DNA from: Alphaproteobacteria bacterium
Lineage (GTDB): Bacteria; Pseudomonadota; Alphaproteobacteria; CAAHEQ01; UBA3637
Length of the DNA stretch: 64,000 bases
Assembly (NCBI GenBank): GCA_045605805.1
Contig: JAZUQR010000021.1
Span: 49,611 to 113,610, forward strand
Direction: 5' to 3'
Below the pieces are notes generated by a model. That model saw nothing but the letters and a program-made list of their open reading frames with translations, did not search any database and was not told the DNA's origin. A program made the position numbers and the translations under genes. Shown piece after piece: positions 10,119 to 20,054 of this stretch (position 1 is the stretch's first letter; every line of letters begins with the position of its first letter).

Positions 10119-11242
10119 TTGATGCCACGCCTTTTGTCCCCAATAACTTCCAAAATAACCTTGTCACCCGATTTCAAGCCCTCTTTCACTTCAATGTTGG
10201 TCATATCTGAAATGCCTTTTGTAATCACCACGGGCATCAAAGCGCCATTTTTGAATTGATAAACCACATCCTCGTTTTTCATAACATCCGGATTCGGCAC
10301 AACATTGGTTGTTTTTCTTAAAGCCGCCGATGGCTTAAATTGCAACACCATAGCAGAAATAAAAGGTACATTCGTTGCCCGTGCCACTTCAATAGACACA
10401 CTGGCCGTCATCCCAGGCAACAATTTTCTGGAAGAATTATCTACTTCAATCACCACCGTGTACATGACCACATTGGATTCTTCTTTGGGCGACAAACGAA
10501 TCTGTTGCACCTTACCCTCAAAACGATCATTCGGATAAGCATCCACCGTGAACTCAACACCCATACCACCTTTAATCAGCCCAATATCAGCCTCAGCAAT
10601 ACTGGCTTCAATTTGCATTTTTGTCAAATCCTCGGCAATCGTGAACAAAGTTGGCGTAGAAAGACTGGCGGCCACAGTTTGACCTTGTTCCACTTCTTTT
10701 GAAATCACCGTTCCCGATACGGGCGAAGTAATCGTGGCATAGCCATAGTTGCGTTCGGCTTTATTATAATCAGCCTGAGAACTCAATACATTAGCCTTGG
10801 CTGTTTCCAATTCTACTTCAGCCTCTTCCAAAGTGGCTTTGGCAATCAGCTTATCCTTATACAATTTATTCAAGCGTTCATAATTCAAATCAGAAATCTT
10901 TTTCTTGGCATTCGCTAAATCCAACTTGGCTTTGGAATCATTCAGGTTTTCCTGTAAAACAGACATATCCAACCGAGCCAAAACCTGTCCTTCTTGAACC
11001 TCATCGTTATAATCCACAAGCACTTCTTCAATAATGCCGGAAACTTGTGTTCCAACCGATACTTTATTGATGGGTTGAATCTTGCCGGATGCTGTCACCA
11101 CATAGGCCACATCTCCGTTTTTCACCACAGCCATTTCAAAATCTTTTTCGGAAAAAGAATCTTTTGAATGTCCTTTCATCCAAGCAGAAGCACCCACCAA
11201 ACAAACAACAGCAACACCCAACAACAATAAACGCTTTTTCAT
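10115..11242 (-). CDS. HlyD/MacA-family periplasmic adaptor (membrane fusion protein)
   Basis: 375-aa ORF with an N-terminal anchor, a biotinyl-lipoyl-like segment, a long coiled coil and beta-barrel regions. It is translationally coupled to the ATPase gene. Confidence 0.85.
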   Translation of the reverse strand: MKKRLLLLGVAVVCLVGASAWMKGHSKDSFSEKDFEMAVVKNGDVAYVVTASGKIQPINKVSVGTQVSGIIEEVLVDYNDEVQEGQVLARLDMSVLQENLNDSKAKLDLANAKKKISDLNYERLNKLYKDKLIAKATLEEAEVELETAKANVLSSQADYNKAERNYGYATITSPVSGTVISKEVEQGQTVAASLSTPTLFTIAEDLTKMQIEASIAEADIGLIKGGMGVEFTVDAYPNDRFEGKVQQIRLSPKEESNVVMYTVVIEVDNSSRKLLPGMTASVSIEVARATNVPFISAMVLQFKPSAALRKTTNVVPNPDVMKNEDVVYQFKNGALMPVVITKGISDMTNIEVKEGLKSGDKVILEVIGDKRRGIK

Positions 11243-12583
11243 CTAAAACCTCCCCACAGAACGATACAAATTGGCTTTACTGATTAAAACGGAATAAAAC
11301 GCATTGACAAGACCTTGTCTGGCCTCAGAAAGTTGTGAAGTTGCCGTCAGTAAGTTCAAAATATCCCCTTGTCCAACTTCATACGATTTCATGGCCACCC
11401 GTTCATTTTCTTTTGCTGCCGCCAACACATCGTTTGAAATATGATAAGCTGCCACAGCTGTTTCATAATCTTGATACGCTGCCCACACTTCATTACGAAT
11501 GGAATCTTGTGTTTCTTCCAAACCAAATTGAGCCTGACGATATTCATATTCCGCAGCCGCCACTTTATAGGTATCCGCAAACCCGGAAAACAAAGGCACA
11601 TTCAATCGCAAACCAGCCGAAGAAGAAAGACGACCCAGTTGTCTTTCACGCCAAGAATCGTTATATCCCACACTGCCCGTCACACTCAGCTTTGGCAAAG
11701 TGGTTGAACGCTGGGCTGTAATGTTTTCCTTTGCCCCTTGCACAGAGCTTTCCTTGCTTTTTAATTCGGGGCGTTGGGCCAATGCCAAAGAAATCATCTG
11801 TTCAATACTATCCGAAGTTTCCAACTTGATAATGTCTTTATCTTTTGGCGGTTTTTCCAAATTAAAAGTCGTATCCGGAGATAAATGAAGCAAAGTCGCC
11901 AAATCTCCTTCGGCTTTCTTCACCGTATTTTCCGCCTTTATGACAGCTAATTTAGATTGTTCATAACTGGTTTTGGCCAACAATTTATCGCTTAAAGCCA
12001 CCAACCCCAAATCAAACCGTCTGACCGATTCTTCATAGGCCTTTTTATACGATTTTTCGCTGTCCTTTGTGCTAATCAACACCTCTTTGGCCCCCAACAA
12101 GTTCAAATAGGCGTTATTGATGGACAAAACAGTTTCCTGCAACTGTGTATTATAGTTAAACTCTGCCGAAGCCAAATAAGCCTTCATTTTATTCAAACGA
12201 GCCCCTCGCCCACCAAAATCAAACAAAAGCCAATCTAAACCCACATTGCCTGAATAAGGATACCCTTCCAAATGAGTTGCACCTTCGGTTTTATCATCCG
12301 AAACAGAGACCGAACCACTGGCCGTTAAAGAAGGTAAGTATTCACCCGTTGATTGCCCCACACCTGCCTCACTAACTTTCACTGCCATATAAGAACGGCT
12401 TAACGAAGGATTCACACAAATCCCCATCTGAATCAACTCGGGCAACCCAATTTCCCCCTGTGTTAAATCTTTTTCCACACATCCCTTTGGGGCATCCAAT
12501 TGATACACAGAAAACGGATCAAGCCCCGCCATCGCAGAACTCCCCATAAGCATAAACACCAAAAAACACATATATTGTTTCAT
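11243..12583 (-). CDS. TolC-family outer membrane efflux protein
   Basis: The ORF is trimmed to the ATG at 12583 (MKQYMCFLVFMLMGSSAMA signal peptide), preceded by GGAGAG. It shows two-fold OEP repeat architecture and is the first gene of the efflux operon. Confidence 0.8.
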   Translation of the reverse strand: MKQYMCFLVFMLMGSSAMAGLDPFSVYQLDAPKGCVEKDLTQGEIGLPELIQMGICVNPSLSRSYMAVKVSEAGVGQSTGEYLPSLTASGSVSVSDDKTEGATHLEGYPYSGNVGLDWLLFDFGGRGARLNKMKAYLASAEFNYNTQLQETVLSINNAYLNLLGAKEVLISTKDSEKSYKKAYEESVRRFDLGLVALSDKLLAKTSYEQSKLAVIKAENTVKKAEGDLATLLHLSPDTTFNLEKPPKDKDIIKLETSDSIEQMISLALAQRPELKSKESSVQGAKENITAQRSTTLPKLSVTGSVGYNDSWRERQLGRLSSSAGLRLNVPLFSGFADTYKVAAAEYEYRQAQFGLEETQDSIRNEVWAAYQDYETAVAAYHISNDVLAAAKENERVAMKSYEVGQGDILNLLTATSQLSEARQGLVNAFYSVLISKANLYRSVGRF

Positions 12584-12683
12584 CTGTCTCTCCTTATATG
12601 GAAAAATTGTAAAAAAACAAAAAAAACTTGTCAAGAGAAAATTTCTTCTGTACAATAATAAAATCAAGCAATAGGAGTACGCT

Positions 12684-13133
12684 ATGGAAAAAACATTACA
12701 AGATTTAACAAGACAATTATTGGCCTTGGCTCAAAGTGCAGCCGATGAAAGGGTTTTGCCGCAGGAAATGGTTCTTATTCAAGAAAAAGCCTTTGAGGTT
12801 CAAGAAAAAATGATGGCCGAGTTGGAACAAGCCGAAGAAAAAGCCAATGATATCCGTTCTGTTCAAAACATTTTTCAAATTCGTGAAGATGTATGGGATA
12901 TTATGAATAACTTGGCCATTCGTGAAGCCGAGGTCAAAGCAAAGTTTGGCTTAAAAGAAGAAGTCAAACCCGCCAAACATCATTGTTGTTGTGGTCATCA
13001 CCACGAAGACAAACATGAATGCTGTTGTGGTCATCACCATGAAGACGAACACGAATGTTGTTGTAAAAACAAAAAAACGACAAAAACGAAATGCTGTTCC
13101 AAGAAGGAGAAGAAAACATGCCGCAAAAAATAA
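12684..13133 (+). CDS. small coiled-coil protein with His/Cys-rich C-terminal tail (putative metal-binding)
   Basis: 149-aa ORF. The tail reads HHCCCGHHHEDKHECCCGHHHEDEHECCCKNKK...CC...C, encoded by a visible tandem DNA repeat at ~12970-13070. Its 3' end overlaps the xseB start. Confidence 0.55.
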   Translation: MEKTLQDLTRQLLALAQSAADERVLPQEMVLIQEKAFEVQEKMMAELEQAEEKANDIRSVQNIFQIREDVWDIMNNLAIREAEVKAKFGLKEEVKPAKHHCCCGHHHEDKHECCCGHHHEDEHECCCKNKKTTKTKCCSKKEKKTCRKK

Positions 13134-13348
13134 CTTTTGAACAAGCTATGTCTGAATTGGATGAAATTGTGCGTAAATTGGAAAACGGACAAATCCCTTT
13201 AGAAGAAGCCGTAAAAACTTATGAAAAGGGAATGGAGCTTAAAAAAATATGCGAAGAAGAATTAAAGAATGCCGAAATGAAAATTGAAAAATTACAAATT
13301 CAAAACGGCACCCCTGTTCAAACGGAGGCATTGGATGAACAACTTTAA
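13118..13348 (+). CDS. xseB: exodeoxyribonuclease VII small subunit
   Basis: The ATG at 13118 follows AGGAGA. The product MPQKITFEQAMSELDEIVRKLENGQIPLEEAVKTYEKG is a typical XseB helical hairpin. xseB-ispA synteny is present. Confidence 0.85.
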   Translation: MPQKITFEQAMSELDEIVRKLENGQIPLEEAVKTYEKGMELKKICEEELKNAEMKIEKLQIQNGTPVQTEALDEQL

Positions 13349-14222
13349 GAATCAACTCAAACAAACCCGATGTCTGATAGATGCCAACTTGGAAAAATGG
13401 CTTGTTGTGCCACATAATTTAAGCGCACAAGTGGTAGAGTCCATGCGATACAGCGCCATCGGGGGCGGCAAAGCCTTTCGGGCATTTTTGGTGTTGGAAA
13501 CCGCAAAAATGTTTGGCTTACACGAACAATCTGCCTTAAACATAGCCACTGCCTTAGAAATGGTTCACGCCTATTCTTTAATTCATGATGATTTACCATC
13601 AATGGACAATGATACTATGCGTCGTGGCAAACCTACAAACCATATACAATATGATGAAGCCACCGCTATTTTGGCCGGTGATGCCCTTTTAACACAAGCT
13701 TTTGAAGTGTTATCCGATGAAAGCACTCATCCCGATGCTGACATTCGTATCAAGTTAGTTCATTTGCTGGCTAAATTGGCTGGAAAAGACGGCATGGTTG
13801 GCGGACAAATGATTGACCTTATCGGAGAAAAACAAACCTTAAATCTGGAACAAATTGAAATGCTGCAAGACAAAAAAACAGGTGCTTTGTTGATGTTTGC
13901 AAGCATCGCCAGTGCCATTGCCGCAAAGGCGCAGGAAGAATATCTCAACGCCTTAAAAACCTATGCTAAATGCATTGGCCTGATGTTCCAAATTACAGAT
14001 GACATTTTGGACATTACAGGGGACAGCACAACCGTTGGCAAAACTTTGGGTAAAGATAAAACCGAAACAAAATCCACCTTTGTATCTGTTTTGGGCCTTG
14101 AACAAGCTAAACTAAAAGCACAGGAATTGGGCGAAAAAGCCGACAGTGCCTTGGTCATCTTTGGGCCAAAGGCCAACCTGTTAAAACAAGCAAGTCACTT
14201 TATTTTGGAAAGAAATTATTGA
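13335..14222 (+). CDS. ispA: farnesyl/geranyl diphosphate synthase (polyprenyl synthetase)
   Basis: The ATG at 13335 follows GGAGG. The first Asp-rich motif is LIHDDLPSMDNDTMRRG and the second is FQITDDILD. Confidence 0.85.
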   Translation: MNNFKNQLKQTRCLIDANLEKWLVVPHNLSAQVVESMRYSAIGGGKAFRAFLVLETAKMFGLHEQSALNIATALEMVHAYSLIHDDLPSMDNDTMRRGKPTNHIQYDEATAILAGDALLTQAFEVLSDESTHPDADIRIKLVHLLAKLAGKDGMVGGQMIDLIGEKQTLNLEQIEMLQDKKTGALLMFASIASAIAAKAQEEYLNALKTYAKCIGLMFQITDDILDITGDSTTVGKTLGKDKTETKSTFVSVLGLEQAKLKAQELGEKADSALVIFGPKANLLKQASHFILERNY

Positions 14223-14863
14223 TGCAAAAATTGATGAATAAAGAACAACTAAAGATATTTTGTCAGGCCTTAGCAACCGCCTATCCCAACCCCAAATGTG
14301 AATTGGTTTGGTCTAATCCGTGGGAGCTTATGGTCGCCATCATCTTATCCGCCCAAAGCACAGACAAAAATGTCAACAAACACACGCCCGCCCTGTTCAA
14401 AGTTGCCAATACACCCAAACAAATGTTGGCCTTGGGCTATGAAAAAGTGCATTCCTTTTTAACCTCAATCAATTACCATAATAATAAAACAAAAGCCATT
14501 ATGAATCTGGCCGAAGTGATTGACAAGAAATATAACGGTGAAATCCCGCAAGATTTTGAAACATTGACAACCTTGCCCGGCATTGGCCGCAAAACAGCCA
14601 GCGTTTTCCTAAATGTGGCCTATAAAGCCCCCTATATCGGGGTAGACACCCATGTCTTCCGCCTGTGCCATCGCTTAGGTATTTGTACAGGAAAAACACC
14701 CGAAGAGCTTCAAAAAAAATTGGAACAAATCATTCCAGACCAATACAAAACTGATTTTGCACTTGCACTTGTTCTTTTGGGGCGTTATACTTGTACGGCA
14801 CGCAAACCAAAATGTGCTGAATGTCCCATGTATCAAGTGTGTATATCCGAGGAGAAAAAATAG
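14219..14863 (+). CDS. nth: endonuclease III
   Basis: HhH-GPD motif LPGIGRKTA, plus the [4Fe-4S] cluster loop CTARKPKCAECPMYQVC. Confidence 0.9.
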   Translation: MMQKLMNKEQLKIFCQALATAYPNPKCELVWSNPWELMVAIILSAQSTDKNVNKHTPALFKVANTPKQMLALGYEKVHSFLTSINYHNNKTKAIMNLAEVIDKKYNGEIPQDFETLTTLPGIGRKTASVFLNVAYKAPYIGVDTHVFRLCHRLGICTGKTPEELQKKLEQIIPDQYKTDFALALVLLGRYTCTARKPKCAECPMYQVCISEEKK

Positions 14864-14864
14864 C

Positions 14865-16433
14865 ATGTTCAAAAAAGGGGGAATCTTTTTAAGTTTGGTG
14901 TTGTTTGCCAGTTTCTGTATGGCTCAAACCCAAGATTTGATGCAATCTGCCACACTTATCAATTTGAATGAAGCGACCGCTTATACCGGCCAACCTTTTT
15001 TGTATATTGAAGGCATCAAAGCCCCCGAAAAAGCCAATAATGAGATGGAAGAATTACAGTTAAAACTTTTTGGCACAAAGGATATTCAAAGGGCCACACG
15101 CAACACATTACAACTGTCCGATTCAAAGCCAGAAGAAAGCAACAATCAGCAAGAAAACTATACCTTTACAACCCCTTTTGGGCAAAGCGTTCAAGCAGCC
15201 TTTATTCCCCACATTCCTGATTTTGTCTCAATCATCCAAGTGCTTGACAAACAGCAAATAACGATAAGTGAACACATCACTGTTATCAATACAGATAAAG
15301 AAAAAAAATGGAAACGCAGTGTGAATTTGCCCCCCAACTCTTTGGCACAAATGACCCACTTTTCCATCAACGGTCAGGCCCAACCAATCCCAGCACAAGC
15401 ACAAGCCAACACTTTACTGATTCAAAGCGACTTTGCCTTACCGTTGGGACCAAATAAAATTGTCTTAAAATACAATTTGACTAACGCCATTCAACACAAC
15501 ACCTTAAACTTAAACTTGACTGGCACCCAAGTGGATGTGCCTATCAACCGCTTTAAGGCTCTTATCACATTCAGCACACCCATAAACCTCACAACGAATA
15601 AATTGCTGTTTGGTACAAACAAAATGGATATTCCCGATATCTATACTCAGCAAACAGATAAGAACGCCACAACAAGCTATGTCATCAACCGTATCATTCC
15701 AGAAAACGCAAACATTCAATTACAAATGAGTCTGGATTCAACCAAACTTCCCTCTGGGTATGATGAACTCAATACTTCTTTGCACTGGATAAACTTGATT
15801 GTTTATCTAATTTTACTGAGTTATTGGGGCGCAACCCTATGGTGGGAAAACAAAAAGAATAATGCCCCCACCTTGCCAAAAATAAAATATCCAAAAACAC
15901 TGACAGAGCTGGCCCATCAAATCGGCACAACGATGACCCATCAAAAATGGCAGGCATTGATTCAATTCGGAAAAGCCAATAACTGGCCCCTTCAAAAATT
16001 ACAAAAAGAACAACAAGATTGGCAAAACCACCCCAAAAAAACATACCTTAAAACAAAAACAAAAACATTCTTTGCTTTGGCGGGAGAAACACTTGCTGGC
16101 ACAATTTTATTGACCCTTCTCGGATTGATTGGCCTATACTATGTCCCCCAGAACTTGTCTGTATTTTGGCTTGTGAGTTTTGTTTTATACGCCATTGTTG
16201 GGGTATGTTTGACATATAAGGCCGGCTTGAAAAAAATCCGACAAATCTATTGGCGCAAAAAACTGTTGCAATTGGAAAAACCAACAATAATGGCAGGCCT
16301 CACCCAGAATCAAGTGCGTCAAGTCTATCCGTTGTTCATTTTGGCAAATCATCATCAAGAATGGCGCACAAAGTTCTGTCAAATCAATCCAACCACAGCA
16401 ATACAAACCCATTTGAATAAGGAGAAAGTATGA
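14865..16433 (+). CDS. hypothetical envelope protein (signal peptide, large exported domain, C-terminal TM helices)
   Basis: The ORF is trimmed to the ATG at 14865 (MFKKGGIFLSLVLFASFCMAQT). Hydrophobic segments lie near WINLIVYLILLSYWGATLWW and TLAGTILLTLLGLIGLYYV. I recognise no family. Confidence 0.6.
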   Translation: MFKKGGIFLSLVLFASFCMAQTQDLMQSATLINLNEATAYTGQPFLYIEGIKAPEKANNEMEELQLKLFGTKDIQRATRNTLQLSDSKPEESNNQQENYTFTTPFGQSVQAAFIPHIPDFVSIIQVLDKQQITISEHITVINTDKEKKWKRSVNLPPNSLAQMTHFSINGQAQPIPAQAQANTLLIQSDFALPLGPNKIVLKYNLTNAIQHNTLNLNLTGTQVDVPINRFKALITFSTPINLTTNKLLFGTNKMDIPDIYTQQTDKNATTSYVINRIIPENANIQLQMSLDSTKLPSGYDELNTSLHWINLIVYLILLSYWGATLWWENKKNNAPTLPKIKYPKTLTELAHQIGTTMTHQKWQALIQFGKANNWPLQKLQKEQQDWQNHPKKTYLKTKTKTFFALAGETLAGTILLTLLGLIGLYYVPQNLSVFWLVSFVLYAIVGVCLTYKAGLKKIRQIYWRKKLLQLEKPTIMAGLTQNQVRQVYPLFILANHHQEWRTKFCQINPTTAIQTHLNKEKV

Positions 16434-16888
16434 AAAAAATCCTTTTACTTATAAGTCTTTTTTTTGTTATACCCTGTATCGCACAAACCCAAACGGATTC
16501 AGACGAAGGGTTGGATATTTATACCGCCGTTTATAAACAACAACAAGACTTATTAAAAATACAAAACATCTTGCTGGAAGCCTTGTTAAAAGTGCCTTTT
16601 GAGAAACGAGTGTATATCTATCCGGCCCTTTTTGAATCACAATACATTGCCAAGAAGATTGTCACTCATCCGCAAATTGCTATCTGGAAAGGGAAAAAGC
16701 CCACTCAGATTGCACCACAAATGCAAGAATATGCCAAAGAAAATCTAGAGTTTATGCCCGCAAAATTATATCCTCTGCTAGATCCTGACGCTTGGCCTAA
16801 AATACCCCAAAAAGAAGATTGGCGTAATATCCAAAAAATGATTCCCGAGATATTGGCCAATCCAAACCAAACACAAAACATTCCATAA
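16430..16888 (+). CDS. hypothetical secreted protein
   Basis: 152-aa ORF with a 4-nt overlap on the upstream gene. Signal peptide MKKILLLISLFFVIPCIAQT. Confidence 0.55.
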   Translation: MKKILLLISLFFVIPCIAQTQTDSDEGLDIYTAVYKQQQDLLKIQNILLEALLKVPFEKRVYIYPALFESQYIAKKIVTHPQIAIWKGKKPTQIAPQMQEYAKENLEFMPAKLYPLLDPDAWPKIPQKEDWRNIQKMIPEILANPNQTQNIP

Positions 16889-16956
16889 TAAGGAATAAGA
16901 TTGACTTTTCAAATAATATCACTTATAATAGGTGTATCTTTCAAAAGGAGTTTCTT

Positions 16957-17337
16957 ATGGTGTGGACAGATGAAAAAATTAAAAACTTAAAAAAATTATG
17001 GCAAAAAGGGGCAACAACGGCCGAAATTGCCAAAAAATTGGGGCTTTCTAAAAACTCCATTATCGGCAAAGTCCATCGGCTGAATTTGGAAACAAGGCCT
17101 TCTCCAATTAAAAAGACCGCTCCGGTGAAAAAAGCAAAAGAAACAAAAACCACAAATGAACGCATTGGCATTATGGAGTTAAAACTAAACACATGCCGTT
17201 GGCCAATTGGCGACCCAACAGATGATGACTTTCACTTCTGTGGTAAAAACACAGCCACAGGCAAACCTTACTGTGCCGAACACTGTGCCATGGCTTATTC
17301 AGGTTCAACAAAAGAAACAACCACAGATGACGAATGA
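16957..17337 (+). CDS. gcrA: GcrA cell-cycle regulator
   Basis: N-terminus WTDEKIKNLKKLWQKGATTAEIAKKLGLSKNSIIGKVHRLNL and C-terminus CRWPIGDP...FHFCG...GKPYCAEHCAMAY form the characteristic GcrA pattern, which is an alphaproteobacterial marker. Confidence 0.85.
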   Translation: MVWTDEKIKNLKKLWQKGATTAEIAKKLGLSKNSIIGKVHRLNLETRPSPIKKTAPVKKAKETKTTNERIGIMELKLNTCRWPIGDPTDDDFHFCGKNTATGKPYCAEHCAMAYSGSTKETTTDDE

Positions 17338-20044
17338 AACAAACAAAAATACGCTTTGTCTGATTGATGGTTCGGGTTATATCTTCCGTGCCTTTTATGC
17401 CCTCCCCCCAATGAACAGGCCAGATGGCACCCCCACAAATGCCGTTTATGGTTTTACAAATATGATGATGAACCTTTTGAACGAGCAGCATTGCGCCCAC
17501 ATTGTGGTTATCTTTGATGCAAAGCGCAAAAACTTTCGCAATGATATTTACCCGCAATATAAAGCGAACAGACGAGAAACACCCCCTGAACTGATTCCAC
17601 AATTTCCTTTAATCCGCTCTGCCTGCGAAGCCTTAAATGTCAAATGGCTTGAAAAAGAAGGCTATGAGGCCGATGACCTAATTGCCGCCTATGCCGAAAA
17701 AGCCACAAAAATGGGATGGCAAACAACTGTTATTACTGCTGACAAAGATTTGATGCAGTTGATGACAGACAGTGTCAAAATCTATGATCCAATGAAGAAA
17801 AAAATGCTGACCGAAGAAGATGTGATAAAAAAATTCGGGGTGACACCGGATAAAGTCACTGATGTGCAGGCCTTGATGGGTGACAGCACAGATAATATCC
17901 CTGGTGCAAACGGCATTGGCCCCAAAACGGCCGCAGAATTGATAAAAAATTATGGTTCGTTAAAAAATCTGTTGGATAATTTGGATACCATTCCCAAACA
18001 AAAACAAAAAGAGGGATTGATTCGGGATAAAGAGCAAATCTTGATATCCGAAAAATTGGTGACCTTGGATAAAAATGCCCCAACGGAAAATGATTTATCC
18101 GTCTTTGAATCACAACCATATCATCCCCAACACCTGAGTGATTTTTTAACACAAAACAACTTTCAAAGTTTAATCAAAAAAATCCAATTAAACACAAAAA
18201 ATGCCCCCCAAACACCTGTTATGGCATCACCCACTCAAAACATCTGTATCCAAAGTGAAACGGATTTGCAAAGTTGGTTAAAAACAACACAAAATGTGCT
18301 GGCCATAACAAGCCTGACACAAAACAATCAACTGATAGGGGTGGCCTTGGCAAACAGCCCATCCAATACCTGTTATATCCCATTGAATCACATTCACCAA
18401 TCAGATATAAAAGAAGACCTATTTGCCCCAATCAGCCGCCCGCCACAAATCAGCCCACAAAGTTTTTTGTCCATCCTCACACCATTTTTGGAAAACACAT
18501 CCATCCTTAAAATAGGCCATAGCATCAAACAAACATGGCACAGTTTGACCACAAAAGAAATGGTTGAGTTGGCTCCCATAGACGATATTGAATTGATGAG
18601 CTATATTTTGAACAATACAAAACAACAAACGGCCTTACATCAGCTGAGCCAAGATTTGCTGGGGCTGCCCTTGATGGGAATGGAAAGCCTGACCGGATTG
18701 GGCAAAAATAAAACCCCCATTGAAGCCCTTTCTTTGGAACAAACCACAATCTATATGGGACAGCAGGTAAGCGCAATTTTTCAATGCTGGCAAAAATTAA
18801 AAAACTTGATGAATAACGCACCAAAAGCCTTGGAAATCTATAAGGATATTGATTTACCACTGATTCCAATTTTATATCGTATGGAAAAAGCCGGCATTTT
18901 GGTAGATATTCCCACTTTGCAAAAATTGGATGAACGATTCACACAGAACCTGCAAACTTTAACCGATAAAATCTATCAAGCTGCTGGTGAAGAGTTCAAC
19001 ATCAACTCTCCTGCTCAACTGGGTGTCATTTTGTATGAAAAACAAGGTTTATCCGGTGGCAAAAGAAGTGCTAATGGACATTGGATAACAGATGTCAAAG
19101 TTTTGGAATCTTTGGCGCAAAACGGTTCGGAATTGGCACATCTTGTCCTGCAATACAGAACCATCAGCAAATTAAAATCCACTTATGTGGATGCGTTAAA
19201 AGACTATGCAAAACAAGATGCTCGCATTCATACAACCTTTTCCCTAACAGCCACAAACACAGGCCGCTTGGCAAGTTCTGACCCAAACCTGCAAAACATT
19301 CCTATCCGTTCTGCCGAAGGCAAAGAAATCCGTCAGGCATTCAAAGCAAAAACCGGCTATAAACTTGTATCTGCCGACTATTCACAAATAGAATTGCGTC
19401 TGATGGCCGAAGTGGCCAATGTCAAAAAATTAAAAGAATCTTTTGCAAAAAACGAGGATATCCACGCCCGAACAGCAAGCCAGATTTTAGGCATCCCCTT
19501 AAACGAAATCACACCCGATCAAAGGCGTCAAGCAAAAGCCATCAATTTTGGTATCATCTATGGCATTTCTGCCTTTGGGTTGGCGGCCAACTTGGGCATT
19601 TCAAGAACAGAAGCAAAAGCCTATATAGACACCTATTTCGGCCAATATCCAGAAATCAAAAAATATATGCAAGAAACAGAACAATTTGCTGAACGAAACG
19701 GCTTTGTCACAACCCCCTTTGGTCGCACTATCCACATTGCAGGATTAGACAACAAAATGACCAAAAACTTTGCCTTGCGAGCCGCCATCAATGCCCCAAT
19801 CCAAGGCGGTGCTGCTGATATTATAAAAATGGCAACTATCAAAGTCTGTCACATCTTACAGCAAGCAAATCTGGATGCCGCCTTGCTGCTTCAAGTGCAT
19901 GACGAACTGGTTTTTGAAATTGCCGAACAAGATGTCACACAAGCAAGTGAACTGATTAAAGAAGCCATGGAAAAAGTGGTTCATCTGTCTGTTCCGTTGG
20001 TGGCCGAAGTTGGTGTTGGGGATAATTGGAAAGAGGCACATTGA
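17327..20044 (+). CDS. polA: DNA polymerase I
   Basis: The ORF is trimmed to the ATG at 17327 (MTNETNKNTLCLIDGSGYIFRAFYA, 5'-3' exonuclease N-terminus). Polymerase motifs are DYSQIELR, KAINFGIIYG and QVHDELVFE. It overlaps the gcrA stop by 11 nt. Confidence 0.92.
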   Translation: MTNETNKNTLCLIDGSGYIFRAFYALPPMNRPDGTPTNAVYGFTNMMMNLLNEQHCAHIVVIFDAKRKNFRNDIYPQYKANRRETPPELIPQFPLIRSACEALNVKWLEKEGYEADDLIAAYAEKATKMGWQTTVITADKDLMQLMTDSVKIYDPMKKKMLTEEDVIKKFGVTPDKVTDVQALMGDSTDNIPGANGIGPKTAAELIKNYGSLKNLLDNLDTIPKQKQKEGLIRDKEQILISEKLVTLDKNAPTENDLSVFESQPYHPQHLSDFLTQNNFQSLIKKIQLNTKNAPQTPVMASPTQNICIQSETDLQSWLKTTQNVLAITSLTQNNQLIGVALANSPSNTCYIPLNHIHQSDIKEDLFAPISRPPQISPQSFLSILTPFLENTSILKIGHSIKQTWHSLTTKEMVELAPIDDIELMSYILNNTKQQTALHQLSQDLLGLPLMGMESLTGLGKNKTPIEALSLEQTTIYMGQQVSAIFQCWQKLKNLMNNAPKALEIYKDIDLPLIPILYRMEKAGILVDIPTLQKLDERFTQNLQTLTDKIYQAAGEEFNINSPAQLGVILYEKQGLSGGKRSANGHWITDVKVLESLAQNGSELAHLVLQYRTISKLKSTYVDALKDYAKQDARIHTTFSLTATNTGRLASSDPNLQNIPIRSAEGKEIRQAFKAKTGYKLVSADYSQIELRLMAEVANVKKLKESFAKNEDIHARTASQILGIPLNEITPDQRRQAKAINFGIIYGISAFGLAANLGISRTEAKAYIDTYFGQYPEIKKYMQETEQFAERNGFVTTPFGRTIHIAGLDNKMTKNFALRAAINAPIQGGAADIIKMATIKVCHILQQANLDAALLLQVHDELVFEIAEQDVTQASELIKEAMEKVVHLSVPLVAEVGVGDNWKEAH

Positions 20045-20054
20045 GGCAAAAAAA

